A stretch of DNA of 64,000 nt from Heteronotia binoei (taxonomy: Eukaryota): positions 7,812,001-7,876,000 of the forward strand of contig NC_083237.1 of assembly GCF_032191835.1 (NCBI RefSeq), given 5' to 3'. The notes under the pieces were generated by a model that searched no databases, had not been told where the DNA came from, and was given only the letters and a program-made list of their open reading frames with translations. Both the position numbers and the translations under genes were made by a program. Shown here piece by piece: positions 25,880-37,885 of the stretch (positions are counted from its first letter, which is position 1; each line of letters begins with the position of its first letter).

Positions 25880-27430
25880 TCATAGAGAATCATAGAATTG
25901 AATGGGACCTCTAGGGTCATCTAGTCCAGCCCCCTGCACAATGCAGGAAACTCACAAACACCTCTCCCTAAATTCACAAGATCTTCAATGCTGTCAGATG
26001 GTCATCTAGCCTCTGTTTAACAACCTCCAAGGAAGGAGAACCCACCACCTCCCGAGGAAGCCTGTTCCACTGAGGAATTGCTCTAATGGTCAGGAAATTC
26101 TCCCTAATGTTGAGCCGGAAACTCTTCTGATTTAATTTCAACCCATTGGTTCTGGTCCTACCAATTTCACACCATCCTCTATATGACAGCCCTTCAAGTA
26201 CTTGAAGTACTTGAAGATGGTGATCATATCACCTCTCAGCTGCCTCCTCTCCAGGCTAAACATCCCCAGCTCCTTCATCCTTTCCTCATAGGACTTGGTC
26301 TCCAGACCCCTCACCATCTTTGTCTTTGTCGCCCTCCTCTGGACCCGTTCCAGCTTGTCTATATCTTTCTTAACATGCGGTGCTCAAAATTGAACTCAAT
26401 ACTCCAGGTGAAGTCTTACCAGAGCAGAGTAAAGCGACACCATCACATCACATGATCTGGACACTATACTTGTTGATACAGCCCAAAATTGCATTTGCCT
26501 TTTTAGCCACCGCATCACACTGTTGACTCAAGTTCAGCGTATGATCCACTAAGACCTCTAGATCCTTTTCGCACATACTAATGCTAAGACAAGTCTCCCC
26601 CATCCTATAACTATGCATTGGATTTTTCCTACCTAAATGCAGAACTTTACATTTATCCCCGTTAAAATTCATTTTATTGATTTTAGCCCAGTTTTCCATC
26701 CTGTCAAGGTCATCCTGTATCCTGTTTCTGTCTTCTTGTGTTCGCAACCCCTCCCAATTTAGTATCATCTGCAAATTTAATAAGCATTCCCTTTATTCCT
26801 TCATCCAAATCATTGATAAAGATGTTGAACAAAACAGGTCCCAGGACAGATCCTTGAGGCACTCCACTTGTCACTCCTCTCCAAGAGGATGAGGAACCAT
26901 TCACAAGCACTCTTTGGGTGCGATCTGTCAACCAGTTACAGATCCACCTAACGATAACAGGATCCAAACCACATTTTACCAACTTGTCGACAAGGATAGT
27001 ATGTGGAACTTTATCAAAAGCCTTACTGAAATCAAGATAAACGATGTCTACAGCATTCCCCTAATCCAGCAAGGTAGTCACTTTCTCAAAAAAAGAGATC
27101 AGGTTAGTCTGACATGACTTGTTCTTGAGAAAACCATGCTGGCTCTGGATAATCACATCCATGCTTTGTAAATGTTCCAGGACCGACTGTTTGATGATTT
27201 GTTCTAAAACTTTTCCAGGTATAGACATCAAGCTGACAGATTGGTAGTTACCCGGATCATCTTTTTTCCCCTTCTTGAAGATGGGGACAACATTCACCCA
27301 TCTCCAATCTTCCGGCACCTCTCCTGTTCTCCAAGAATTCTCAAAAATAATAGCCAGAGGCTCAGAAATTACATACACAAGCTCTTTTAGAACCCTTGGA
27401 TGCAATTCATCTGGCCCTGAGGACTTAGTT
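25880..27430 (-). mobile_element. CR1 LINE 3' ~1.5 kb
   Basis: RT motifs [32 protein letters not shown] and GPDELHPRVLKEL; (ATTCTATG)-type tail. Confidence 0.93.
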
Positions 27431-27519
27431 TTCAACTTGAGGGTGTCAAGATTCAGGGAATGCAAGCATAGTCAGCTGGCAGATTCTGTGTCACATTTCT
27501 GTTTTGTCCCAGCTGAAGT

Positions 27520-28120
<601 letters not shown>

Positions 28121-29380
28121 TCATCCTGCAGTTCTTCTTCCTCCTCCTTCTCTACTGCTGTTGGGCCTTGCCTGCTGTCTTCCTTGTAGGACGGCTACAG
28201 GGAATTTAAAAATTGATGACTTCAGTGGTGCGTTCACAACCATAACTGGTAGTAATAGCTGACTGTGGTCAATTCGGAACACAACAATGAGGGAAGTCAG
28301 AGGTCTGTAGGGGGAGGGAAGAAATGCTAAAAATGCAGACATTTCCTGCACCCCCACAGTGAGAGGGAGAAAATAAGTGACCTCTGAGGCTGGGAAATGC
28401 ACATAGAACCACCACTGCCGCCTCTATACAAGGTTCAATGCTACATACAGTCAGTACGTCCTGTATTCATCATCTGTGTGCAGAAGGGACATGATAGGGT
28501 TACTAGTCTCCTGGTGGTGGCTGGAGATCTCCGTACAAACAAGGTAAAGTAATTGTGCAGCATGACATTTCTACAACACAGATTTGTGTGGCATAAAATG
28601 GAATAGTCCAGGAGGGTACTTTGATACAGGGGACAAGACTGCAGTAAGTGATTCTTTGTGTGGTGTGAACAGGGGTCATGATGCAGAAAAATAGGTGCCA
28701 GAGTTTATTACCATAAGGAGTCCATTCTGTCCTATTGGCACATAGGATACAATGAGATCTGCCTGTTGCACAACACTAAAGGGGGCGGGGGGTCAGAATG
28801 GGGGGGATTTAAAGTTTAGACCCCCCTCTCTATGGTCCAGAGAAGGGATTGCCATGTTTGTGCCTCTGGGAGAGTCTGAGAGGTGGTGGTGGGGGATACT
28901 TTTCCTGTTTTTGCAAGATGCAAAAGTGGGATGAAAGTGGGGTTGCTAAATCGGACTCAAGAAATATCTGGGGACTTTGGGGGGGGTGGAGCCAGGAGTA
29001 AGGGTGTGGCAAGCACAACTGAACTTCAAAGGGAGTTCTGGCCATCACATTTAAAGGGGTAGTGGTCCTTTTAAATGCCTTCCTTCCGTTTGGAATAATG
29101 AAGGATAGGAGCACCTTTTTGGGGGGCTCATAAAATTGGACCCCCCAATCCGATCTTTTTGAAATTTGGGGATTATTTTGAGGAGAGACACCAGATGCTA
29201 TGCTGAAAATTTGGTCCATCGACCTCCAAAAACAACTCCCCCAGAGCCCCAGATACCTGTGGATCAATTCTCCATTATACCCTATGGCAGGACCTTGTAA
29301 AGTTTCTTTTGGTCAATTTCATTAGCAGTCTGCTTAGTGATAGTAGCCCACACTCTGGATGTATTATGAAATGTATAAGC

Positions 29381-29719
29381 CAGGAGTGGCCAAACTTGCT
29401 TAACGCAAAAGCCACATGGAATAAACGTCAGATGTTTGACAGCCACAAGAGGTGAACATCAGATAAAGAGCTACAAGACGTGAACATCAGATTTTGTTAG
29501 CCACAGGACAGGACAGGAAGGAAGGAACGAAGATAGATGGGAAGATGGAGGGAGAGGTGGAAAGAGAGCAACTTCAACTTTAAATGCATTCTCCAAGCCA
29601 CCAGCTGGCTTGGCAAAGTGTTTTAAAGAGAAATGCCTTCTCCAAGTTGACCACCACGGTGGTGGGGGTTTCGAGAGCCACACAATAAGTGTGAAAGAGC
29701 CACCGTTTGGCCACCCCTG
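29381..29719. mobile_element. hAT-type MITE (CAGG(A/G)GTGGCCAAAC TIR)
   Basis: Perfect 8-bp TSD GTATAAGC. Confidence 0.82.
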
Positions 29720-30274
29720 GTATAAGCAGTGTTCCAGCAGTGACATGAAACCTAGGTATATTTCATGTTTCCGTTTTCTTCTTCCTGGCTGCAATTAAAT
29801 TTGGAAGCAGTGCTCTGTCTCTTTCACTTCACAGCAATCGCTCTCTATTTTCAAACTGGAGAACCAGGTGCGGGCTACTATCGCTAAGCGGACTGCTAAC
29901 GAAATTGACCAAAAGAAACTTTACAAGGTTCTGCAAGCATTCAGTAACTCAACTGTAGTAAGAACATGCACAGACGTTATTGGGACTGTTACCTTAAAAA
30001 AGACAGGGACGGTGCAGTCCTTTAAATGCGGTTACAAGTTTATTTTTGTTTATGTAATATTGTGAAATAGAGTTACAAATGTGATACATGATACGACACA
30101 ATACTGAAAGAATAGAAATCAATACTAAATAGCGTATAGCTTTTTGTGTGTATAAATCCATCTGCTGTTGTTTCCTTGAGTGTTTACACCCATTTGGGAT
30201 TGGGAACCCTAGATGAAAGCCCCATGGAGACTTTGAGAGGTGGGTGGTGGGTGGGGGGGGTTAACAGGCTATTG

Positions 30275-30405
30275 CAGGGGTGGCCAACGGTAGCTCTCCA
30301 GATGTTTTTTGCCTACAACTCCCATCAGCCCCAGCCACTGGCTGGCTGGGGCTGATGGGAGTTGTAGGCAAAAAACATCTGGAGAGCTACCGTTGGCCAC
30401 CCTTG
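30275..30405. mobile_element. 131-bp near-perfect palindromic hAT-type MITE
   Basis: CAGGGGTGGCCAACGG..CCGTTGGCCACCCTTG; TSD GGCTATTG/GGCTATTT. Confidence 0.82.
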
Positions 30406-30753
30406 GGCTATTTGATTGCTTTCTTTCCCCCTCCCCCTCCCTGTCTTGCTGCTCTCAAACGTCTGATGTTTATTCTGTGACCGGGAGCTTTTGTTCCCAA
30501 TCCTTGACAGTCTGTGGCATGCTACTTACTGAAATCCCTCCTCTCCCCAAACTCCACCCTCCAGCACCAAAAATATCATAGTTTCCCTTAACCTGCAACT
30601 GGCAAGCCTACCCTCCAATCCACTGATGATGGCAAGTGTGTATGTGTGTGTGGGAGGGGGATCTGTACTTAAATATGCTTGAACCTGAAAGGGGACAACC
30701 ATTTCCAAGGGGGTGAGCGATCCATATACTTTACATGCATGTAGGCGTTCCTC

Positions 30754-31080
30754 CTAGTGCGGCTTCCCTGCCGGCTCCCATAGCTCTCGGAGGCGATCGA
30801 AATGGGGAGACTTTGCTCTGGTGTGGGGGAAGCCTCCCCATTTCTCCAGGGCATTATAAAAATCTGGTTTAACTCGTTTAAATTTTGAGCGCGTCTGCTC
30901 TCCAGATCTTTTGTAGCCCCTGGCTTCCAATGAAACGGACACCCTGGAGAACAGGCTCAAGTTTTCTAGATGTGTGCTGTGCATTACTCTTGGCCCTAGT
31001 TCTGCTGCGAACACAATGTCCAGCATCGCCTCCACTTCTTTGTCGCTCCAGAAAACGCCTCAGCTCCGTCAAGCAGCCAT
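30754..31080 (-). pseudogene. Decayed Myb/SANT-like DNA-binding ORF (PIF/Harbinger ORF type, Myb_DNA-bind_4-like)
   Basis: Reads MAA*RS*GVFWSDKEVEAMLD...FSRVSVSLEARGYKRSGEQTRSKFKRVK; W-S-x-x-E and ARGYxRxxEQxRxKxK motifs; two in-frame TGA codons. Confidence 0.75.
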
Positions 31081-31489
31081 TTCAAGTTTGAAATAAACAC
31101 GTTGCTGTGTGGCCACGATGTTCCACCAGACCACAATAATGCTCCCACTGGGCATGCACAGAACGGAGCGATTTCATTGGGCTATTCAAATTTCATCTGC
31201 TTTTCAGGAAGTGTAGAGCGCAGTTCTCCTGCACAGGGCCAGATCTAGGGGAGGCAGAGGGGTTAGCTTGGGCGCTCCCGGTGGAGGGTGTTCCAAATTT
31301 TTGGAGCCACAACCTGGAAGGCTTTTTCTTGGGTTGCTACCTGTCTAGCTTCCAAAGATTACTGGATTGTACAGGTAGGTTCCTATGAGAGGAGGTGGCT
31401 GCCGGTTGCAGTACAAAGAAACAAAAAAAGAATCCTGTGGCACCTAAAAGACTACACCATTTATTGCGTATACATTCTGCCATACACAG

Positions 31490-31784
31490 TGATGTTGACT
31501 GAATCTCTTTCCACACTCTGAGCACTCAAAAGGTTTTCCCGCCATGTGTATTGTTTGATGAATTTGAAGACTGCCACTTTGACTGAATCAGTTTCCACAC
31601 TCTGAGCACTGAAAGGGCTTCTCTGATGTCATTGAAGTCCACCACAGTGACTGAATTTCCTTCCACAGTCGAGCACTCAAAAGGTTTCTCCGCTGTGTGG
31701 ATCCGTTGATGCTGTTGAAGACTGGCTTCCTTGATGCAGCTGAAAATTGCCAAGTTGACTGAATCTCTTCCACAGTCTGAACAC
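31490..31784 (-). pseudogene. Decayed finger repeats downstream of the G3 stop
   Basis: Finger-like repeats with indels after the RGETL* stop. Confidence 0.7.
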
Positions 31785-33157
31785 TCACAAGGTTTCTCCC
31801 CTGTGGATTTTTTGATGCCGTTGAAGCCTGTAGCTATCACTGAATCTCTTCTCACATTGTGAGCACTCAAAAGATTTCTCCCCTGTGTGGGTTCTTTGAT
31901 GCTGTTGAAGATTGCTTCTCTGACTGAATCTCTTTCCACATTCTGAGCACTCAAAAGGTTTCTCCCCTGAATGGGTTCTTCGATGCACCTGAAGAGTGCC
32001 AAGAAGACTAAATCTCTTTCCACACTCTGAGCACTCAAAAGGTTTCTCCCCTGTGTGGGTTCTGTGATGCTGTTGAAGCTTGCTACTTTCACGGAATCTC
32101 TTCCCATACTGTGAGCACTGAAAAGGTTTCTCCCCTGTGTGGGTTCTTAGATGCTGTTGAAGATTGCAGCTCTGACTGAATTTCTTCCCACATTCTGAGC
32201 ATTCAAAAATTTTCTCCCCTGTGTGGGTTCTTTCATGCAGTTGAAGCTTGCTACTTTCATTGAATCCTTTTCCACACTCTGAGCATTCGAAAGGTTTCTC
32301 ACCTGTATGCGTTCTTTGATGCACTTGAAGATTGCAAAGAAGACTAAATCTTTTCCCACACTCTGAGCACTCAAAAGGTTTCTCCCCCGTGTGGGTTCTT
32401 TGATGCTGTTGAAGATTGCTACTCTGGCTGAATCTCTTTCCACACTCTGAACACTTAAAAGGTTTCTCCCCTGTGTGGGTTCTTTGATGCTGTTGAAGAT
32501 TGCCACTGTAACTGAATCTTTTCCCACACTCTGAACACTCAAAAGGTTTCTCTCCTGTGTGAGTCCTCTGATGCTTTTGAAGCTTGCTACTTTCACGGAA
32601 CCTCTTCCCACAGACCGAGCACTGAAAAGATTTGTCCCCTGTGTGGGTTCTTTGATGCTTTTGAAGACTGTTATGCAGACCAAATCTCTTCCCACACTCT
32701 GAGCACTCAAAAGGTTTCTCCTCTTTGTGGGTGCTTTGATGCTGCTGAAGTTGTTCAAGCTGACAAAATCTCTTTCCACACTCTGAGCATCCAAAAGGTT
32801 TCTCCGCAGTGTGGGTTCTTTGGTGTAGAAGATGGTCATGCCTACTAAATTTCTTTTTACCTTCCAAGCATTCAAAAGGTTTCTCCACTTCATGGATTTT
32901 TTTATGGTTTTGAAGAGTGCCGTTCAAACTGAATTTCTTTTCATGGAAATGGACATTACATTGGGTTTGATCTGAAAAGTTCATTCTATAGCACTTGAAT
33001 GTTTCTTTCTCCATGTGAATGACTGTTTGGAAATCCCCCCCTTGGCTGCCTTTCTGCCTCTTTAGTCTGCCTTGATTCCAGAAGTTTCCTTTCATGTCTT
33101 TATCTGGTGATTGTTGATGAAGTTCCTCACCCTCCTCATTCTTCTGATCATCTTCTG
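31785..33157 (-). CDS. G3 zinc-finger exon: 11 canonical + 1 C>Y finger
   Basis: ORF 31785..33095 extends in frame to the acceptor ttccag|CAGAAG at 33157. Confidence 0.88.
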
Positions 33158-33883
33158 CTGGAATAAAAAGAGGGATCCTGTTAGCACCTCAAAGAGCAGG
33201 TAGAGTCCAAAGGCATGTATGTGACTGCTTTAGGAAAGGACTGATGGCCTTTTGGCCTCATCCAGTGTGGCTGATCTTAACTAACATTCCCCCCCCCCCA
33301 AGAATATCCAGTATTTAAGGATACAACAGCCCTGATGAACCACAGCTGAACTCCTCCCTAGATGGAGCTTCTGAGCCTCCAGATTCCAGGCCCCAGAAGA
33401 CCTCCCTTTCTCCTCACCCAGTGGGTGTTATAATTCTACAAACTCATTTATTTAGAAGTAAAGGAGAAATCCCCAATGGCTGTTCCTTGCCAGCTCCCTT
33501 GTAAATTTCCCCCATTGTGCATGGGGTTGGACTAGATGACCCTGGAGGTCTCTTCCAGCTCTTTGAGGATGTGATTCTATAAAATGTGCTCTGTGAACTT
33601 TGGAGCTCCAAAGATTACAGCATCCCTGCAGGATCAGACCAAAAGTCCAGGCATGCCGTTCTCCTGCCAGCTGGGCCCTCCCATGAGCCCTTGCATCTGG
33701 GCTGGAGGGAGAAAAGGAAAGGATTGGAAATGACGTTGTAGGACATGTCACCTTCCCATTCAGCCCAAAACCGAGATGTGATCAAAGCACAACTGTGTTT
33801 TCAGAGGATCCGTTGTCATGCTAACGTTATAATTGGGTTTCTCAGGAACATAATATATCAGTACTCACATCTGCCTGAAAAAA

Positions 33884-34135
33884 GAAAAGGAAAGGAAAGG
33901 TCCCCTGTGCAAGCACCAGTCGTTTCTGACTCTGGGGTGATGTTGCTTTCACAACATTTTCACGGCAGTCTTCTTACGGGGTTGTTTGCCATTGCTTTCC
34001 CCAGTCTTTTACACTTCCCACCCCCCCAGCAAGCTGGGTACTCATTTTACCGACCTCAGAAGGATAGAAGGCTGAATCAACCTTGGGCCGGCTACCTGAA
34101 TCCAGCTTCCGCCGGAATTGAACTCAGGTTGTGAG
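33884..34135 (-). mobile_element. Sauria SINE (partial)
   Basis: Same core as 24300-24603. Confidence 0.8.
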
Positions 34136-34502
34136 AAGCCCCTCCCAAAACCTCCTGGGGGTGCCAGTCCGCAGCCTGCCATCCCTGCTCCAGCATCTGA
34201 GTCCCCACATCAGGTAACTAGATCCCCCTAGAATAAAAGCCGAATCTTTCCATTAGAAAGGGATTTTCAGAGCTCTGCTGCCCCTGAAGGTGGAGGCTCC
34301 ATTTATTCACCTTATTAAATAGCTCTGCCCAGGTTTGTCTACATTTTCTTCTTTGAGCCATTTTGAGTTCCTTTTAAGGAAGGAAGGTGAGATAGGAATA
34401 TTTTAATTAATGTGAGGAATTGCTCCAGGATCTTGCCTTGAACTCTCCACCCACAGCATTCACAATGTGCTCCAATCACATCCAGGCACAATGAGATCTT
34501 AC

Positions 34503-34617
34503 CACAGGAGAGGGCATCTTGGGCATGCTCCATGGTTTGTGCACTCTGCCCTTGCTTGAAGGAAGTTCCTTCCGCCTCAGGGAATGAATCTTCTGTCTTC
34601 ATGGATGGTCCCCACAT
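34503..34617 (-). CDS. G3 exon 3 (MWGPSMKTEDSFPEAEG...DALSC-G); no linker or KRAB exon follows
   Basis: 115 bp, canonical sites; ends in phase 1, compatible with the ZF exon. Confidence 0.75.
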
Positions 34618-34801
34618 CTGAAACAGCAGTGAGGGAGAGGGGTAAGAGATGGAATGAACAGACCAAGCAATGGATCCTGCCCCACTCCCAGACACTTCAC
34701 CCTTCTATGAACAGACTTGGGAGAAATGTTTGTCAAGAAAACTTTAGTATACAATTGGATATTGTTCCTAGAATTGGACATATCTGGAGGAAACCCCTCA
34801 C

Positions 34802-35225
34802 CTGTTCTGCCTGCCTCTTCCCCTCTGCCTGACTCAGGAAGAAACCTTCGGCCAGGGCCACTGCTTGGGAACTGGTCTCTGGCCCACACCCTCTGACCCA
34901 GCGCTGCATCTCCGGGGGCAGGATGGCCAGGAACTGCTCCAGGATCACCAGGTCCAGGATCTGCTCCTTGGTGTGTCTCTCCGGCTTCAGCCAGTGGTTG
35001 CAAAGTCCATGGAGCTGGCTGAAAACCTCCCGGGGCCCATCTGCCATGTGGTACTGGAACAGCCGGAAGCATTGGCAATGTACATCTGAAGTCATTATCT
35101 CCTTAGCCTGGATCTCTGGTACAGCTCTTTCCCAGAATTCAACACCACTCCCAGCTTGGAGGAGACAGGGGCCTTTTACCTGCTGCCTTGCCAGTTCCAG
35201 GTCCTTCTGGGTTCTGATCTTCCAT
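34802..35225 (-). CDS. G3 SCAN exon with 5' lesions (possible pseudogene, or translated from internal Met 35095)
   Basis: SCAN intact from EIMTSDVHC onward; canonical ATG 35225 is 424 nt from the donor (+1 frameshift near 35175); acceptor AG>AT at 35260. Confidence 0.65.
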
Positions 35226-35673
35226 CTCCTTTTCCGTTTTCCAGTTGGGTTACCTCCAAATGTCAAACAAATGCCTTAACTCACTTGGCTGTGAAGAGAG
35301 GTTACTCCTGGGGGAGGGAAGGGGAGACAGGAGACAGGCACTTGTCACAAGAAAAACAGAGGATAATTGAGATACACCACTGAGCATCACAAACATGCTC
35401 AAGAGGCCCACAAGAACTGACCTTGTGGATCAGAACAAAAAGGGTTTCTTGTGGTTTGTAGACTGGGTGTAATGTCATTCTGCTATATTAGGTACCAAGC
35501 TATTTAGGATATGCCTCTGTGATTCTTTGGGAAAAAGAAGCATCTCTGTTTGGCTCTTTAAGGCTGTTGCAAGTTTAGCCTGTCTTTACTTTGGCCCAAT
35601 CTGTCCTAGGGGTTAATTCTTAAGGTAAAGTGAAGCCCCCAAAGGACAAGAGGAACTGGTGACCCCTTAACCC

Positions 35674-36277
35674 AGGGGTGTTGAACTCATTTGTTATGAG
35701 GGCTAGATCTGACATGAGACCTTGTTGGGCCAGGTCATGTCAGGTTGGGCCAGGCCATGTGTGTACTTATTTAAGATTAGGTAACAGAGATATAAACTTT
35801 ATAAAGCACAGAGACAAACACAATTAAATATATTTTTTAAAAAACTTAAAACATGCTTAAAACATTAGCACTCATTGGTTTTAAAGGTGCTTTCTTCCAT
35901 GGGATCCAGGGAACTGGGCAAAGGAAGCTCTGGCTCTTTCCTTCCTTCTCCAGGGGACTGGGGAGGGGGGAGCCGCAGCCAATAGAAGGAAGAGAGGCTT
36001 GGCTCAGTAGCTCTGCTGTGTGATTGAGAGAGCCTGGAAAAACGAGCTCTGCCTCCCCACCTTCCTCTACAAGGTAAGAGCCTCAACTAATGGAGAAAAT
36101 AGAGGTTTTGCTGTGTAACTCCTGTGCAATTGAGCAAGCCTTGCAAAGCAAACTGTTACGCAAAAAGCAGCAAAATATAGGAAGAAGGAAGCAGATGATA
36201 GCCAGTTGCTCGGGGGCCTGATAGGAGCCCTCCTGGGGGCCTGATTCGGCCCCCAAATTGCATGTTTGACACCCCTG
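35674..36277. mobile_element. hAT-type element (CAGGGGTGT TIR) in G3 intron 1
   Basis: Perfect TSD CCTTAACC; single-copy empty site in the G4 paralog near 45995; second family copy at 55506-56103. Confidence 0.88.
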
Positions 36278-36477
36278 CCTTAACCATTGTATGCATCTCT
36301 TCAGTCAGCCTGAAGTGTTAGGCAAGTACCCAGCGGAAGGGAAGGGGGCAGGAAATCGACGATATGAAGAACAACAGCTGAGACTGAGAAAGGAAAGCAG
36401 GGAGGCTTTGGCTGAGATTTGGCTCAAGAATCCTGATCTGATCAGGGTGTCTCCCCTGCCAGCACCCCCATGTTCGA

Positions 36478-36865
36478 AGGGCGTTTATGTTGGCCCGTTT
36501 TAATGTGCTTCCATCTGCCGTGTTATACCGGAGGTTTAAAAAAATACCATTCCTTGATAGCCTATGTCCCTGTGGGCTGAAGGAAACTGAAGGAACAGAC
36601 CATATACTTTTTATCCTGTAGATTCTACTGTGATTTACGTGCATCTTATCTGGATCCTATATTGCAATACCTGGAGGGTAAATCTGATGAAAGCAAGATA
36701 GTAAGCTTACCAGCCTCAAATAAGGCTGAAACCATCGAAGTGGTGGCAGACTTCCTTCACTGTGCTTATAAAAGGAGAAGTCTGTATAGAATGTTTAATT
36801 AATCACTTTTTTCCCTGCTTCCTTGATTTGATACTGTTGTTGTTATGCCAATAAAGGTTCTGTGA
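36478..36865 (+). mobile_element. LINE 3' end with C-terminal CCHC-like motif (RTE-X/Vingi-like, clade uncertain)
   Basis: RAFMLARFNVLPSAVL..LCPCG..ETEGTDHIL, frameshift, then SCRFY; ends TATGCCAATAAAGG. Confidence 0.5.
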
Positions 36866-37601
36866 CGGCTACTTTAAAGATGTGAATCCTGATCTGCAGA
36901 AACACTCCACTCCCTCTGGGCATCTGATGTGGGGTAATCTTAGGATGGGTCTGTGGATGATGCCAGTGCAGGCAGGAGTTCCCTTCCCCCATGCCCTTTT
37001 CTTTCTCATCAACAGGGCTTTTCTTGAGCAGGAACGCAATTCTGGCTGGCTTGGCGTCAGGGGGTGTGGCCTAATATGCAAATAAGGTCCTGCCAGGCTT
37101 TTCCTACAAAACAGCCTTGCGTGAAACAATGGTGTAAGGAGCGTAGCCTAATATGCAAATGAGTTCCTGCTGGGATTTTCTAAAAAAAAAAAAAAAAAAA
37201 AGCTCCGCTCATCAAACAGAAAAGGCCAGCTTCTGCTTTTTTTTGAGGGGGAAGTAGATTAAACTGACCAGCAGCAGAACATTAGTTTTGTACAATTAAC
37301 TTTTCTTGTTCTAAAAGACGCTGGCTGTAACCCCCCCAACCTCCAGCTATATAGCGGAGAAATATTGCAGGTTGTTACAACCAACTTCCAGCTGGTAGAG
37401 AGCAGTTCCCCTGAAGAAAGTGGCCACACTAGAGGAAGGACCCCACGGCCCCCTCCCCATCTCAGGTTGCCCTCCCCTGCCCCTTAACTTGGCCTTTCCC
37501 AGCAGAATGCACCCTCCACCCTAAATATCCAGCCATTTGCCATTCGGGAGTTGGCAACCTCCCTTCCCAGATCTAAGAAACGTATACCCCTAACGCCTTA
37601 C

Positions 37602-37885
37602 TTCTAAGTAGACCTTCCCGGGATCCAGCCGGCTGCTGCTGATCCGAAGCTTTCCCTGTCCTCTTCCGCAGTTCAGAAGCGAACCTGCCTTCCCGCCAGA
37701 CAGGAAAATAAAAGAACCTTTCCTCTTATTCGCCTCCACCCCCCCCCCCCCCATGTCTCCATGCTCGGTCTCTCTAGCAAACGGCTCCCTCAATTTAACC
37801 CTTTCGGGGCTGCAGACAAATGCAAAAACACCTCCCGTCCATTCCACGAGGAGAGCTTCAGCCAGCCACGCCTCATGCGGCTGCT
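37602..37885 (-). promoter_or_regulatory. G3 putative exon 1 / CpG-rich promoter
   Basis: Paralogous to the other exon-1 regions; conserved AGAA|gtaagg donor. Confidence 0.5.
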
